NCBI GenBank assembly: GCA_963628785.1
Contig: CAVGGQ010000001.1
Location: forward strand, 23,969-87,968
DNA: 64,000 bases
Origin: Oscillospiraceae bacterium
Lineage (GTDB): Bacteria > Bacillota > Clostridia > Oscillospirales > Oscillospiraceae
Direction of reading: 5' to 3'
The notes beneath the pieces were generated by a model that saw only the letters and a program-made list of their open reading frames with translations, made no database searches and was not told the origin of the DNA. The position numbers were made by a program, and so were the translations under genes. Shown here one piece after another: positions 1 through 8,108 of the stretch (position 1 is the stretch's first letter; each line of letters opens with the position of its first letter).

Positions 1-951
1 AACGTCGAACATATCAACGCCGGCTTTGACAAGGTTCTCCATGTAGTCGAGCGTCTCGTAGATGGAACGGCCGTTCTTGAAGCCCTTGAGGGAGGAGACG
101 GTGTCCATACGCTCGCCGTAGGTCTCTTCCAGAGCGCAGCTCAGGTCGATACGGTACATAATCGGGAACCAGGGGCCAGTGCGCTTGCGCATTTCCTTGA
201 CAATATTGATGCCGAAGAGCTGCCAATCGGTGTACTTGCCCATCTTGCGGTGGTTGAACGCGGTGTTCGTGAGCTGGTCGATGAGGTAGCCCTCGTGGCC
301 GTGCAGATACACACCGTCAATGCCCATTGTCTTGGCATCGGCAGCGCCCTGACCGAAGTTCTTCACAATGGTGTCGAGCTCAAGGTCGGAGAGCGGACGG
401 CAGGGGATACTCGGAATGTAGAAGTTCGGGTTCCAGGAAGCGGAAACGGGCAGTGCATACTTGGTCATGAGGCACTGCGGGTTGCCGACACGGCCGAGGC
501 CGGCGGTGAGCTGGATAAAGATGCGGCTGTTGCGGGCATGGACACCCTGTGCAAGGTCGCGCCAGCCCATGAAGTTCGTGCGAGTTCCGTCGATGCGCGG
601 GAAGTAGGAGAAGTTGCCCTTCTCGGTCACGGAAGCATCGATGTGGTGGCTGACGGGAATAAGACCGGTCGTGAGCAGGCCGACACCGCCCTCGGCGCGC
701 GCGAAGAAGTATTCACGCATCTTGTCGTTCGGACGGCCGGTTTCCTCGGCCATCTGGCAGTTGCCCATAGGCGCCATTACGAGACGGTTTTTGATCGTCA
801 GGCGATTGACGTGAATGGGGGAGAACATGGTATCGTACGGCCACAGTTCCTTGGTGTAGCGGCCGGTGCCGCCCTCCTGGTTTTCAAGATCTTTCCGGAC
901 CCAGTTGCCGTAGCTGTTGACCAGTCTTTCGACCAACGCGTCAGTTTTCAA
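1..951 (-). CDS. NADH:flavin oxidoreductase / 2-enoate reductase family (Old Yellow Enzyme-like). This is the N-terminal 317 codons; the 3' end runs off the window.
   Basis: My own minus-strand translation; it is absent from the ORF track because there is no stop in the window. Sequence: (TTG)KTDALVERL..FSPIHVNRLTIKNRLVMAPMG..AEGGVGLLTTG..RIFIQLTAGLGR..GIDGVYLHGHEGYLIDQL. A GTGGGGA Shine-Dalgarno lies 7 nt upstream of the TTG at 949-951. The listed 250..1026 + ORF is its antisense shadow. Confidence 0.8.
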   Translation of the reverse strand, partial: MKTDALVERLVNSYGNWVRKDLENQEGGTGRYTKELWPYDTMFSPIHVNRLTIKNRLVMAPMGNCQMAEETGRPNDKMREYFFARAEGGVGLLTTGLIPVSHHIDASVTEKGNFSYFPRIDGTRTNFMGWRDLAQGVHARNSRIFIQLTAGLGRVGNPQCLMTKYALPVSASWNPNFYIPSIPCRPLSDLELDTIVKNFGQGAADAKTMGIDGVYLHGHEGYLIDQLTNTAFNHRKMGKYTDWQLFGINIVKEMRKRTGPWFPIMYRIDLSCALEETYGERMDTVSSLKGFKNGRSIYETLDYMENLVKAGVDMFDV

Positions 952-1048
952 ATGAATTCCCCACTTTCTTTTACATTTTATGAATTTTACATTGAATTCT
1001 TAACGGATGCTTTGCGCCATTTGTGAAACCATCACCAACACCATGTTC

Positions 1049-1077
1049 AATTTAACACATTTCGCGTCGATAATCAA
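1049..1077 (-). promoter_or_regulatory. Putative sigma-A promoter for the OYE-like gene
   Basis: Minus strand reads TTGATT (1077-1072), 17 nt, then TAAATT (1054-1049) preceded by TGt (extended -10). It lies about 95 nt upstream of the TTG start. Confidence 0.45.
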
Positions 1078-1097
1078 CAAAAATTATTAAGAAATTC

Positions 1098-1126
1098 TTG
1101 ATTCTTATTTAGAAATATGCTAATAT
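1098..1126 (+). promoter_or_regulatory. Putative sigma-A promoter of the cooC-like/dehydratase-like operon
   Basis: TTGATT (1098-1103), 17 nt, TAATAT (1121-1126). It is divergent from the OYE promoter. Confidence 0.5.
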
Positions 1127-1140
1127 AGTTATGTGATAAA

Positions 1141-1181
1141 AGGAGGACAAAGTGTTCAGAAACAGACACTTTGTCCGCTAA
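1141..1181 (+). promoter_or_regulatory. 5' leader element: strong SD, a 9-codon mini-ORF, and a perfect 11-bp stem hairpin
   Basis: AGGAGG at 1141-1146. GTG at 1152 opens (M)FRNRHFVR with stop TAA at 1179-1181. The hairpin pairs GGACAAAGTGT (1145-1155) with ACACTTTGTCC (1166-1176) around a 10-nt loop, and no U-tract follows. Confidence 0.4.
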
Positions 1182-1201
1182 GTTAAAAAGAGGTACCCAT
1201 A

Positions 1202-1966
1202 ATGGAGACAAATGCAAAAATCATTGCCGTTTCCGGCAAGGGCGGTGTCGGAAAAACGACACTTGCCGCCGCTATGGTGCGCCACCTGACGGAGTGCAAA
1301 CCGGACGCAAGGATCCTTGCCATCGATGCCGACCCCGCCGTCGGCCTTTCCACCTGCCTCGGCGTGGAAGTGAAGCTCACGCTCGACGAGATCCGCAAGC
1401 AAATTATCGATAATGTAGAAGAGGGCAAAACGAAGGAAGCCATGGAACTCGTGGAAGAATCGCGCTTCCGCATCTTCGATGCTCTTGTGGAAAAGAACGG
1501 CTTTGCGTTCCTCGCCATCGGGCGCCCCGAAGCTGAGGGCTGCTACTGCCGCATCAACGCCTATCTGAAAGACGTCATCACGATGCTCTCCGGCGAGTTT
1601 GATTATGTTGTCATTGACAGTGAAGCCGGCATCGAGCAAATCAACCGCCGCGTGCTCGAGAAAGTCACACATCTTCTGCTTGTATCTGACCAAAGCCGCA
1701 AGGGCATTCAGGTCGCCGGCACCATCAAGCAGGTCGCGGACGAGCTCGTTATGTACAACCACATCGGCGCCGTCATCAACCGCGTGACGAATCCGGATTT
1801 AAATAAGTACATCACCATCCCCGGCGTAGAGATCCTCTCCTATATCGATACGGATGAGTATCATGCCGCCAACGATATTCAGGGCAAGACCGTATATGAT
1901 CTGCCGCCCGAGTCGAGCGTCTACCGCGGAACCAAGGAAATTCTCGAAAAGCTCGACATACTTTAA
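1202..1966 (+). CDS. CooC/AcsF-family P-loop ATPase (MinD/ParA-like metallocentre maturation NTPase)
   Basis: 254 aa. Deviant Walker A IAVSGKGGVGKTT, the AIDADP motif, the C-x-C motif EAEGCYCRINAYL typical of CooC, and DSEAGIEQ. SD AAGAGG lies 8 nt upstream. Confidence 0.8.
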   Translation: METNAKIIAVSGKGGVGKTTLAAAMVRHLTECKPDARILAIDADPAVGLSTCLGVEVKLTLDEIRKQIIDNVEEGKTKEAMELVEESRFRIFDALVEKNGFAFLAIGRPEAEGCYCRINAYLKDVITMLSGEFDYVVIDSEAGIEQINRRVLEKVTHLLLVSDQSRKGIQVAGTIKQVADELVMYNHIGAVINRVTNPDLNKYITIPGVEILSYIDTDEYHAANDIQGKTVYDLPPESSVYRGTKEILEKLDIL

Positions 1967-1998
1967 TTTATTTGCGCAAAACTTTTTCACCATAATAG

Positions 1999-2087
1999 AA
2001 ACCACTAACCATCAAAACCAACCACCAAACCACCAACTACCAACCGCAAACCGCTAAGCAAATCAAGTCAATCCAAACGTCAACAAA
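1999..2087 (+). other. A/C-only, G-depleted intercistronic tract
   Basis: Positions 1999-2045 contain no G and only three T (aaccactaaccatcaaaaccaaccaccaaaccaccaactaccaacc). The A/C-rich character continues to about 2087, just before the GAGGGG SD of the next gene. Confidence 0.9.
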
Positions 2088-2102
2088 AGAGGGGTGTGAC
2101 AT

Positions 2103-3299
2103 TTGAAGGATCTAAAGTATCTGATTTACTTCGAGCAGCTTCTGGATAATGCCGACAACGAACTCGTGAAAAAGGCAGCGGCCGATGGTCAGCTGGCTAT
2201 GGGCTACACATGCTATCATGTACCCGAGCCGATCCTGAACGTCGGAAACTGCTTCTCCGTGCGTCTTCGCGCACCGCACACGGGATCCGTCGACATTGCG
2301 ACATACTACATGTCGAACTACACCTGCGAGTTTGCCCGCGCACTGACCGAGCGCGCCATTGAAGGCGGCTACCAGTTCCTGGACGCCATGATTGGCGTCG
2401 ACGCATGCTCCATGATGAACCGCGCTATGGAGCATTTTGAGATCCTGCAGGTCAACGATAAGCCGAACTTTTTCGTGACCCATGCGGATATTCCTTTCAA
2501 AATCACCGACTATACGCTCGAGTCCTACACGAAGCAGATGCGTCTGCGCGTGCTCGGCAAGATGCATGAGAAGTACGGCGTGGATGTCTCCGACGAGGCA
2601 CTGCGCAAAGCGGTGGAAGAGCACAACGAAGTTTGCCGTATCCTCACCGAGATCGGCGAGCTCCGCAAGATGGAGAACCCGCCCATCACTGGCTACGAGT
2701 ACCACATTCTCAACCTTGTTTCCTACACCTGCCCGAAGGCACTGATCCTTCCGTATCTGCGCGAAACGCTCACGGAGATCAAGAAACGCAAGGTCGACGC
2801 AAAGCCGTGGTACCGCGCCCGCGTGTCCATCGTCGGCAGCGAGATCGACGATCCCATGCTCACCAAGCTCATTGAGAACTGCGGCGCTTTCGTCGTGTCC
2901 GACCGCTACTGCTTCGGCTCCACGCCCGGCCGCGAGGTCATCGAGCTCAACGATACGGACGATGTCCTTACGCAGATCTGCCTGCACTACATGAAGCACT
3001 CCGAGTGCGCACGCTACATTGCCGATGAAAAGGTACAGCAGCGCCGCGACACCGCCGACCGCCTCGCCCACGAATTCGGCGCCGAGGGCATCATCTATGA
3101 GCAGATGAAGTACTGTGACTACTGGGGATTCGAGCGCGCTCTCGTCAGCCACATCATGGCCGAAGAGAAGAACTGGCCCGTGCTCTCCATTGACCGTCTG
3201 TACAATAACGGCAACTCCGGACAGCTGCGCACCCGCGTACAGGCGTTCGTTGAGTCGCTGGAGATCAAGCGCATTCGCAAAGAAGGAGGAAACGGCTGA
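2103..3299 (+). CDS. 2-hydroxyacyl-CoA dehydratase / benzoyl-CoA reductase family, beta (HgdB/BcrC-like) subunit, copy 1
   Basis: 398 aa with a TTG start. Motifs: GYTCYHVPEPIL, GVDACSMM, FVVSDRYCFGS, YCDYW. It is about 50% identical by eye to 6903-8108. Confidence 0.8.
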   Translation: MKDLKYLIYFEQLLDNADNELVKKAAADGQLAMGYTCYHVPEPILNVGNCFSVRLRAPHTGSVDIATYYMSNYTCEFARALTERAIEGGYQFLDAMIGVDACSMMNRAMEHFEILQVNDKPNFFVTHADIPFKITDYTLESYTKQMRLRVLGKMHEKYGVDVSDEALRKAVEEHNEVCRILTEIGELRKMENPPITGYEYHILNLVSYTCPKALILPYLRETLTEIKKRKVDAKPWYRARVSIVGSEIDDPMLTKLIENCGAFVVSDRYCFGSTPGREVIELNDTDDVLTQICLHYMKHSECARYIADEKVQQRRDTADRLAHEFGAEGIIYEQMKYCDYWGFERALVSHIMAEEKNWPVLSIDRLYNNGNSGQLRTRVQAFVESLEIKRIRKEGGNG

Positions 3300-5086
3300 T
3301 GGCAAAAACTCCGAAATATCCCAATCCCAAGTTCTTCCGCGCGAAGGACAATATGGACTGGAAGGCCCAGAGCGAAAACCTCAAAGAGTTCCTCAGCATC
3401 AGCAAGGATCTGATCGCCGAGACCGACTGGAAAGCCTTCGGCAAGCGCCAGCTCAAGGGCTGGGCGGACTTCGGCAAGCGCTTTGCGGAAGAGGCGAAGG
3501 AGGTTGCCGCCATGTCCTGCGAGGAGCGCCGCGAGCTGCTGCTCAAGGGCGAGAAAAAGCTCGGCCGCCTCTATAAGAAGGGCGCCATGGCCACCGTCCG
3601 CCGCGAGTGGCGCGGTATCGGCGACACGGCGTATGACTTCACCGAGTGGCTCCGCATGTGGGGCATGCTCCTCGGCACCTTCTCCAAGGATCTCGTGCCT
3701 GCACTGAACTCCGTTCTTTACTACCGCTGGATGATGTCCTATATGTGCTGTGTCGGATTCATGGACAAGAACACCATGGGTCAGCGCGGCTCGGCTCTCA
3801 AGATGAGCCACCTCATGATCTACGATATTTTCCGCTATGTCGCCGAGAACCTCGTTCTACAGGCGAAGGGCGACGCGAAGAACGGCAATAGCGCCGAGCT
3901 GAACAAGAAGGTCGTTCTCTTCGACGAAATGACGATGGGTCAGCTCATGGCCGGCTTCCCCGACCTCATCGGCATTCCGTACCAGCTTTTTGCCGTGTTC
4001 CTGGTCTCCGAGATCGACCAGCTCACCTGCGTGCCGTATATCGACGCCGTCGAGAGCTTCGGCCTGCCCGCCGACTGCTGCCCGGTGCCGTCCTCCGAGT
4101 GCGGCGCCCTCGTTCTGGACGCTCTGCCGCACATGGGCTCCTGCTTCATCTCAAGCTCCATGCCGTGCGACGGCTCCACGATGGCCTCCTCGTACATGGC
4201 ACGCCGCTTCCCGGATCTCCCGGTGTTCCATCTGTGCTTCCCCGTCCGCTACGAGGACAAAGAGACCGTGCAGTGCGCCGCCGAAGACATCCGCGCCTGC
4301 ATCAAGTTCATTGAAGAGCAGACCGGTGCCAAGTGGAGCTGGGACGCTTACTTCACCGCCATGAAGCGCTTCAACACCGAAACGAGCTACGAGCTAGAAA
4401 AATGGGCCGTCAACCAGACGGCGTACCCGCAGATCATCGGACCGTGCTACGAGCTGTTCCGCAAGTGGAACTACGAGATGGACGGCGGCATTGATCCGCG
4501 TGTGCCGAAGACCTTCAAGAAGGTCAACAGCATCATGCTCAAGGCCTACGAGCGCAAGGAAGAAGCCTGGCCCGGCAAGATGAAATACCGCGCTATCGTG
4601 TGGTCCTGCCCCGCGCACTACTACGCGAACTTCTCCAACTGGCTCGCCAACTGCTGGGGCATCAATGTCCTCGTCGAGATGGAAAGTCTCAACTTCACGA
4701 AGCAGCTCGAGACCGAAGATCCCGAAGAAGCGCTGCGCGATCTCGCCCGTCTGTACGAGCGCATGGTCATGCGCCGTCACACGAACGGCGGCTACCAACA
4801 CGTCGTAGACGAGCTCTGGAAGCAGTGCGAGATCTGGAATGTCGACCTCATCATCATGTATCAGAACGTCGCCTGCAAGAACATGGCCACCGTTCAGGGC
4901 ATTCTCGATGATCAGGCCCGCCAGCAGAACCGCAAGATGATCTGGATTGAGCACGATCTGATGGATCCGCGTACCGTCTCCCGCCGCCAGATGCGCGACA
5001 AGGTGAACGAGTACATGCGCACCGTCATGCACGCCGAACCCGTTGACCCGACCCTCGTCGACTTTGAAGACGAGATCTGCATGTAA
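3299..5086 (+). CDS. 2-hydroxyacyl-CoA dehydratase family, large alpha (HgdA-like) subunit, copy 1, with a long N-terminal extension
   Basis: 595 aa. Its start overlaps the upstream stop (TGATG). Motifs: PADCCPVPSSECGALVLD, SSSMPCDGSTMAS, IVWSCPAHYY. It is a paralogue of 8101-9705. Confidence 0.75.
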   Translation: MAKTPKYPNPKFFRAKDNMDWKAQSENLKEFLSISKDLIAETDWKAFGKRQLKGWADFGKRFAEEAKEVAAMSCEERRELLLKGEKKLGRLYKKGAMATVRREWRGIGDTAYDFTEWLRMWGMLLGTFSKDLVPALNSVLYYRWMMSYMCCVGFMDKNTMGQRGSALKMSHLMIYDIFRYVAENLVLQAKGDAKNGNSAELNKKVVLFDEMTMGQLMAGFPDLIGIPYQLFAVFLVSEIDQLTCVPYIDAVESFGLPADCCPVPSSECGALVLDALPHMGSCFISSSMPCDGSTMASSYMARRFPDLPVFHLCFPVRYEDKETVQCAAEDIRACIKFIEEQTGAKWSWDAYFTAMKRFNTETSYELEKWAVNQTAYPQIIGPCYELFRKWNYEMDGGIDPRVPKTFKKVNSIMLKAYERKEEAWPGKMKYRAIVWSCPAHYYANFSNWLANCWGINVLVEMESLNFTKQLETEDPEEALRDLARLYERMVMRRHTNGGYQHVVDELWKQCEIWNVDLIIMYQNVACKNMATVQGILDDQARQQNRKMIWIEHDLMDPRTVSRRQMRDKVNEYMRTVMHAEPVDPTLVDFEDEICM

Positions 5087-5169
5087 TTAAATAAATGCAT
5101 GGAGCCGCGAAGCATAAGATGCGGCATCGATGAACTAACTTTTGTAACAAATTTTGGAGGGTATATATC

Positions 5170-5976
5170 ATGGCAAAGAAGTATTTCGCTGGGTGCGACG
5201 TAGGCTCCACCTATACCAAGGCCGTCATTCTTGACGAACAGGGCAACATCGTAGCCAACACCACCATCAAGAGCAAGATCAACTCCGAAGAATCTGCGAA
5301 GATCGCAATGCAGCAGGTCATCGACCAGGTCTCCGACCTGAGCTCTTCCAAAGATCTCGAGTACCTCATCGGCACCGGCTACGGCCGCAACAAGGTTCCC
5401 TTTGCTGACGAAAACATCTCTGAGATCAGCTGCCACGCCATGGGCGTGCACGTGACCGACCCCTCCGTAAAGGCCATCATCGATATCGGCGGCCAGGACG
5501 TTAAGGGCATCAGCATCGACACCGACGGCACCGTGAAGAACTTCGCGATGAACGATAAGTGCGCCGCCGGTACCGGCCGCTTCTACGAGGCCATGGCCCG
5601 TTCCTTCGAGATGGATCTTACCCAGTTCTCCAACCTCTCCCTGACCGCAAAGAACGTTATCCCCATCACCGCCCAGTGCACCGTGTTTGCCGAGTCCGAG
5701 GTCATCACGCTCGTCGGCGAGGGCAAGCCCATGGACGAGATCGCGGCCGGCATCCAGATGGCCGTTGCCAAGCGCTGCTTCGTTATGGCGAAGAAAGCCG
5801 GCGCCACCGACAGCATCACGCTGACCGGCGGCTGCGCGAAGAACGCCGGCCTCAAGCAGGCCATTGAGCACGTCCTCAAGCTGAAGGTCATCGACCTCAA
5901 GACCGACCCGCAGCTCATGGGTGCTCTCGGCGCGGCAGAGTATGCCCGTCAGAAGGGTCTTTCGAAAGGAGTGTAA
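5170..5976 (+). CDS. ATP-dependent activase of the dehydratase family (HgdC/BcrAD_BadFG ASKHA ATPase)
   Basis: 268 aa. Motifs: CDVGSTYTKAVI, DIGGQDVK, NDKCAAGTGRF and AQCTVFAESEV (the two cluster cysteines), and LTGGCAKN. SD GGAGGG is present. Confidence 0.9.
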   Translation: MAKKYFAGCDVGSTYTKAVILDEQGNIVANTTIKSKINSEESAKIAMQQVIDQVSDLSSSKDLEYLIGTGYGRNKVPFADENISEISCHAMGVHVTDPSVKAIIDIGGQDVKGISIDTDGTVKNFAMNDKCAAGTGRFYEAMARSFEMDLTQFSNLSLTAKNVIPITAQCTVFAESEVITLVGEGKPMDEIAAGIQMAVAKRCFVMAKKAGATDSITLTGGCAKNAGLKQAIEHVLKLKVIDLKTDPQLMGALGAAEYARQKGLSKGV

Positions 5977-5982
5977 TTCCCA

Positions 5983-6150
5983 ATGAAGAAATTCTGGAAA
6001 GTTTTCGGCAAAATCGCTGGCATCCTGACGGCGGTCATCGGAATCCTGTTCGTTGTGTATTTCTGGAATCTTGACCAGAAGCTGCTCTCCTGGGCTTACA
6101 CTGCGGTGAATAAGATCTTCGATCGCAAGAAGACGGACATTAAGTTCTGA
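5983..6150 (+). CDS. 55-aa single-TM peptide, below the ORF-track cutoff; paralogue of 9724-9915
   Basis: My own translation: MKKFWKVFGKIAGILTAVIGILFVVYFWNLDQKLLSWAYTAVNKIFDRKKTDIKF. An AAAGGAG SD lies upstream, and the stop overlaps the next start (TGATG). It shares the KVFGKIA-IL..LF-V-YF-LD-KLL motif with the 63-aa ORF. Confidence 0.65.
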   Translation: MKKFWKVFGKIAGILTAVIGILFVVYFWNLDQKLLSWAYTAVNKIFDRKKTDIKF

Positions 6151-6878
6151 TGGAGCTTTTCAACAGCTGCATTCACGAATCGGAGGAGCTGCTCCGCGGC
6201 TCCTCTCCGGAAAAATGGGCGTACGATTTGTCGGCGTGCTGGAAGGAAACGGACAGAAACGAACTCGTTATGCTGCGCGAAGCCGCCTTTGAACTCGGCG
6301 GCAGCGCGAAAAGCGCTGTATCCTACAGCTGCTTCACGACCGATGAGCGCCTTGTCGGCAGCGACGAGGTGTGGCTGTACGGCCCGGACCTTTCGGAGAT
6401 CAAAGGTGACTGCGCATTCGCGCGCATTGTTCTCTTTTCCATACAGGATGTCGGGGAAGAGGATGAGGCATACCGTGCGCTGCAGGACATTGAATTCGTA
6501 AAATACCATGTGTTCCCCAAAGGATACATGATCCGCGCCCTCTCCGAGGACAACCGCGAGCAGGTGCGCGTAAGCAAAGATGCCGTCCGAGCCGGGATCT
6601 CCTTCAAGAATGTCGGCTTTGACTACATCCGCAAATTCCGCGAAAAGGAAAATGTTCGCTCCGTCCGCGTGATGTTTGTCACCGAACCGAAAGCGGATTA
6701 TGCGTCACTTCGGACGCTGGCGCGCAAGGTGAACGACATTACCCGTTCCTTGAGCACCATTTTAGACGGCATCCCCACCGACTGCGACTCGTGCGGTCTG
6801 CGCGAGATCTGCGATGAGGTGGAAGGTATGCGCGAGCTTCACTTCCAAAAGGCGGGCAAGAACACCGCCGAAAAATAA
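6150..6878 (+). CDS. Stand-alone protein resembling the middle domain of acetyl-CoA synthase (AcsB/CdhC), ending just after a C-x2-C-x5-C motif
   Basis: 242 aa. The stretch EQVRVSKDAVRAGISFKNVGFDYIRKFREK..VRVMFVTEP matches the remembered ACS/CdhC stretch W-x-RVSKDAVAKGFRFKNYGE..VQVTIFTD. The C-terminal TDCDSCGLREIC sits where ACS has the first A-cluster cysteines. Confidence 0.6.
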   Translation: MELFNSCIHESEELLRGSSPEKWAYDLSACWKETDRNELVMLREAAFELGGSAKSAVSYSCFTTDERLVGSDEVWLYGPDLSEIKGDCAFARIVLFSIQDVGEEDEAYRALQDIEFVKYHVFPKGYMIRALSEDNREQVRVSKDAVRAGISFKNVGFDYIRKFREKENVRSVRVMFVTEPKADYASLRTLARKVNDITRSLSTILDGIPTDCDSCGLREICDEVEGMRELHFQKAGKNTAEK

Positions 6879-6902
6879 CAAAGTATCTACGGAGGAAGCC
6901 CC

Positions 6903-8108
6903 ATGCGTGATTTGAAAAATGTCATCTTCTATGATGACCTGCTGCAGGAGGCCTATAACTCTCTTGTACGTCAGGCAAAAGAAGAAGGCAAATATGCCCT
7001 CGGCTATACTTGCTACTTTATGCCGGAAGTCCTTCTCGATCTGCCCGGCTGCTTCAGCGTACGCCTTCGTGCGCCGCGCTGCACCTCGCCCGATATGGCG
7101 ACCTACTACATGTCCGGCCGCGTGTGCCACTATGCGCGCAGCCTTTTGGAGCGCGCTCTCGAAGGCGGCTACAACTTCATCGACGCCCAGCTCGGCACCG
7201 AGACCTGCACCGGCACCTGCCGCTTCCAGGAGCACCTTGGCGAGTTGCCCGACCTCATTCAGAATGAGAAATTCTTCGTCTCTTTCACCGATGTGCCCTT
7301 CAAGAAGAATCAGAACAGCGTAGAACACTTCACCACTACGCTGCAGGTGCATGTGCTCGACGAACTGCACAACCACTTCGGCATTGATGTGTCCGACGAA
7401 GCTCTCTTCAAGGCCATCGAGGAGCACAACGAGGTCTGCGACATCATCACCCAGATCGGTGATTTCCGCAAGCTCGACAACCCGACCATCACCGGCACGG
7501 AGTTCCACACCATCAACCTCGTGTCGATGGTCTGCCCGAAGTACCTTATTCTCCCGTACCTTCGCGAGACGCTCAAAGACCTCAAGACGCGCGAGCCCGA
7601 CAAGAAGCCCGATTACCGCGTCAAAGTCGTCCTCGCCGGATCAGAAAACGACGACCCCGGCTTCACGAAGCTTATCGAGAGCTGCGGCGCTCTCGTCGTG
7701 GCCGACCGTCACTGCTACGGTTCTCTGCCCGGACGCGAGAAGATCGAAGTGCGCGAAGGCGAAAAGCCCCTCACTGCTATCGCCCACCACTATCTCGAAA
7801 CGAGCGTTTGCCCGCGCTTCATGGAGCAGTCCTCCATGCGCAGCCGCAAGCAGTACATCGTCGACATCGCCAAGGAATACAAGGCCGACGGCATCATCGT
7901 GGAATCCAACAAGTTCTGCGAGTACTGGAGCTACGAGCGCGTGGCGGATACGCTCATCCTGCCGCGTGACTTCGGCATCCCCGTGTGCTCCATTGAGAAG
8001 GAGTACATCAACTCCGCCTCCGGTCAGCTCCGCACCCGCTTCCAGGCGTTTGTGGAGAGTCTGGAGATCAAGAAGATCCAGGAGAAGGAGGGCGTGAAGA
8101 ATGGATAA
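6903..8108 (+). CDS. 2-hydroxyacyl-CoA dehydratase family beta (HgdB-like) subunit, copy 2
   Basis: 401 aa. Motifs: GYTCYFMPEVLL, GTETCTGTC, LVVADRHCYGS, FCEYW. The C-terminal QLRTRFQAFVESLEIKKI is almost identical to copy 1. Confidence 0.8.
   Translation: MRDLKNVIFYDDLLQEAYNSLVRQAKEEGKYALGYTCYFMPEVLLDLPGCFSVRLRAPRCTSPDMATYYMSGRVCHYARSLLERALEGGYNFIDAQLGTETCTGTCRFQEHLGELPDLIQNEKFFVSFTDVPFKKNQNSVEHFTTTLQVHVLDELHNHFGIDVSDEALFKAIEEHNEVCDIITQIGDFRKLDNPTITGTEFHTINLVSMVCPKYLILPYLRETLKDLKTREPDKKPDYRVKVVLAGSENDDPGFTKLIESCGALVVADRHCYGSLPGREKIEVREGEKPLTAIAHHYLETSVCPRFMEQSSMRSRKQYIVDIAKEYKADGIIVESNKFCEYWSYERVADTLILPRDFGIPVCSIEKEYINSASGQLRTRFQAFVESLEIKKIQEKEGVKNG

Noticed and set aside
250-1026. 258-aa plus-strand ORF at the left edge
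   Set aside because: It is the antisense shadow of the OYE-like gene. Its sequence is low-complexity and Ala/Gly/Val/Arg-rich with no motif, while the minus frame gives clear flavin-oxidoreductase motifs.
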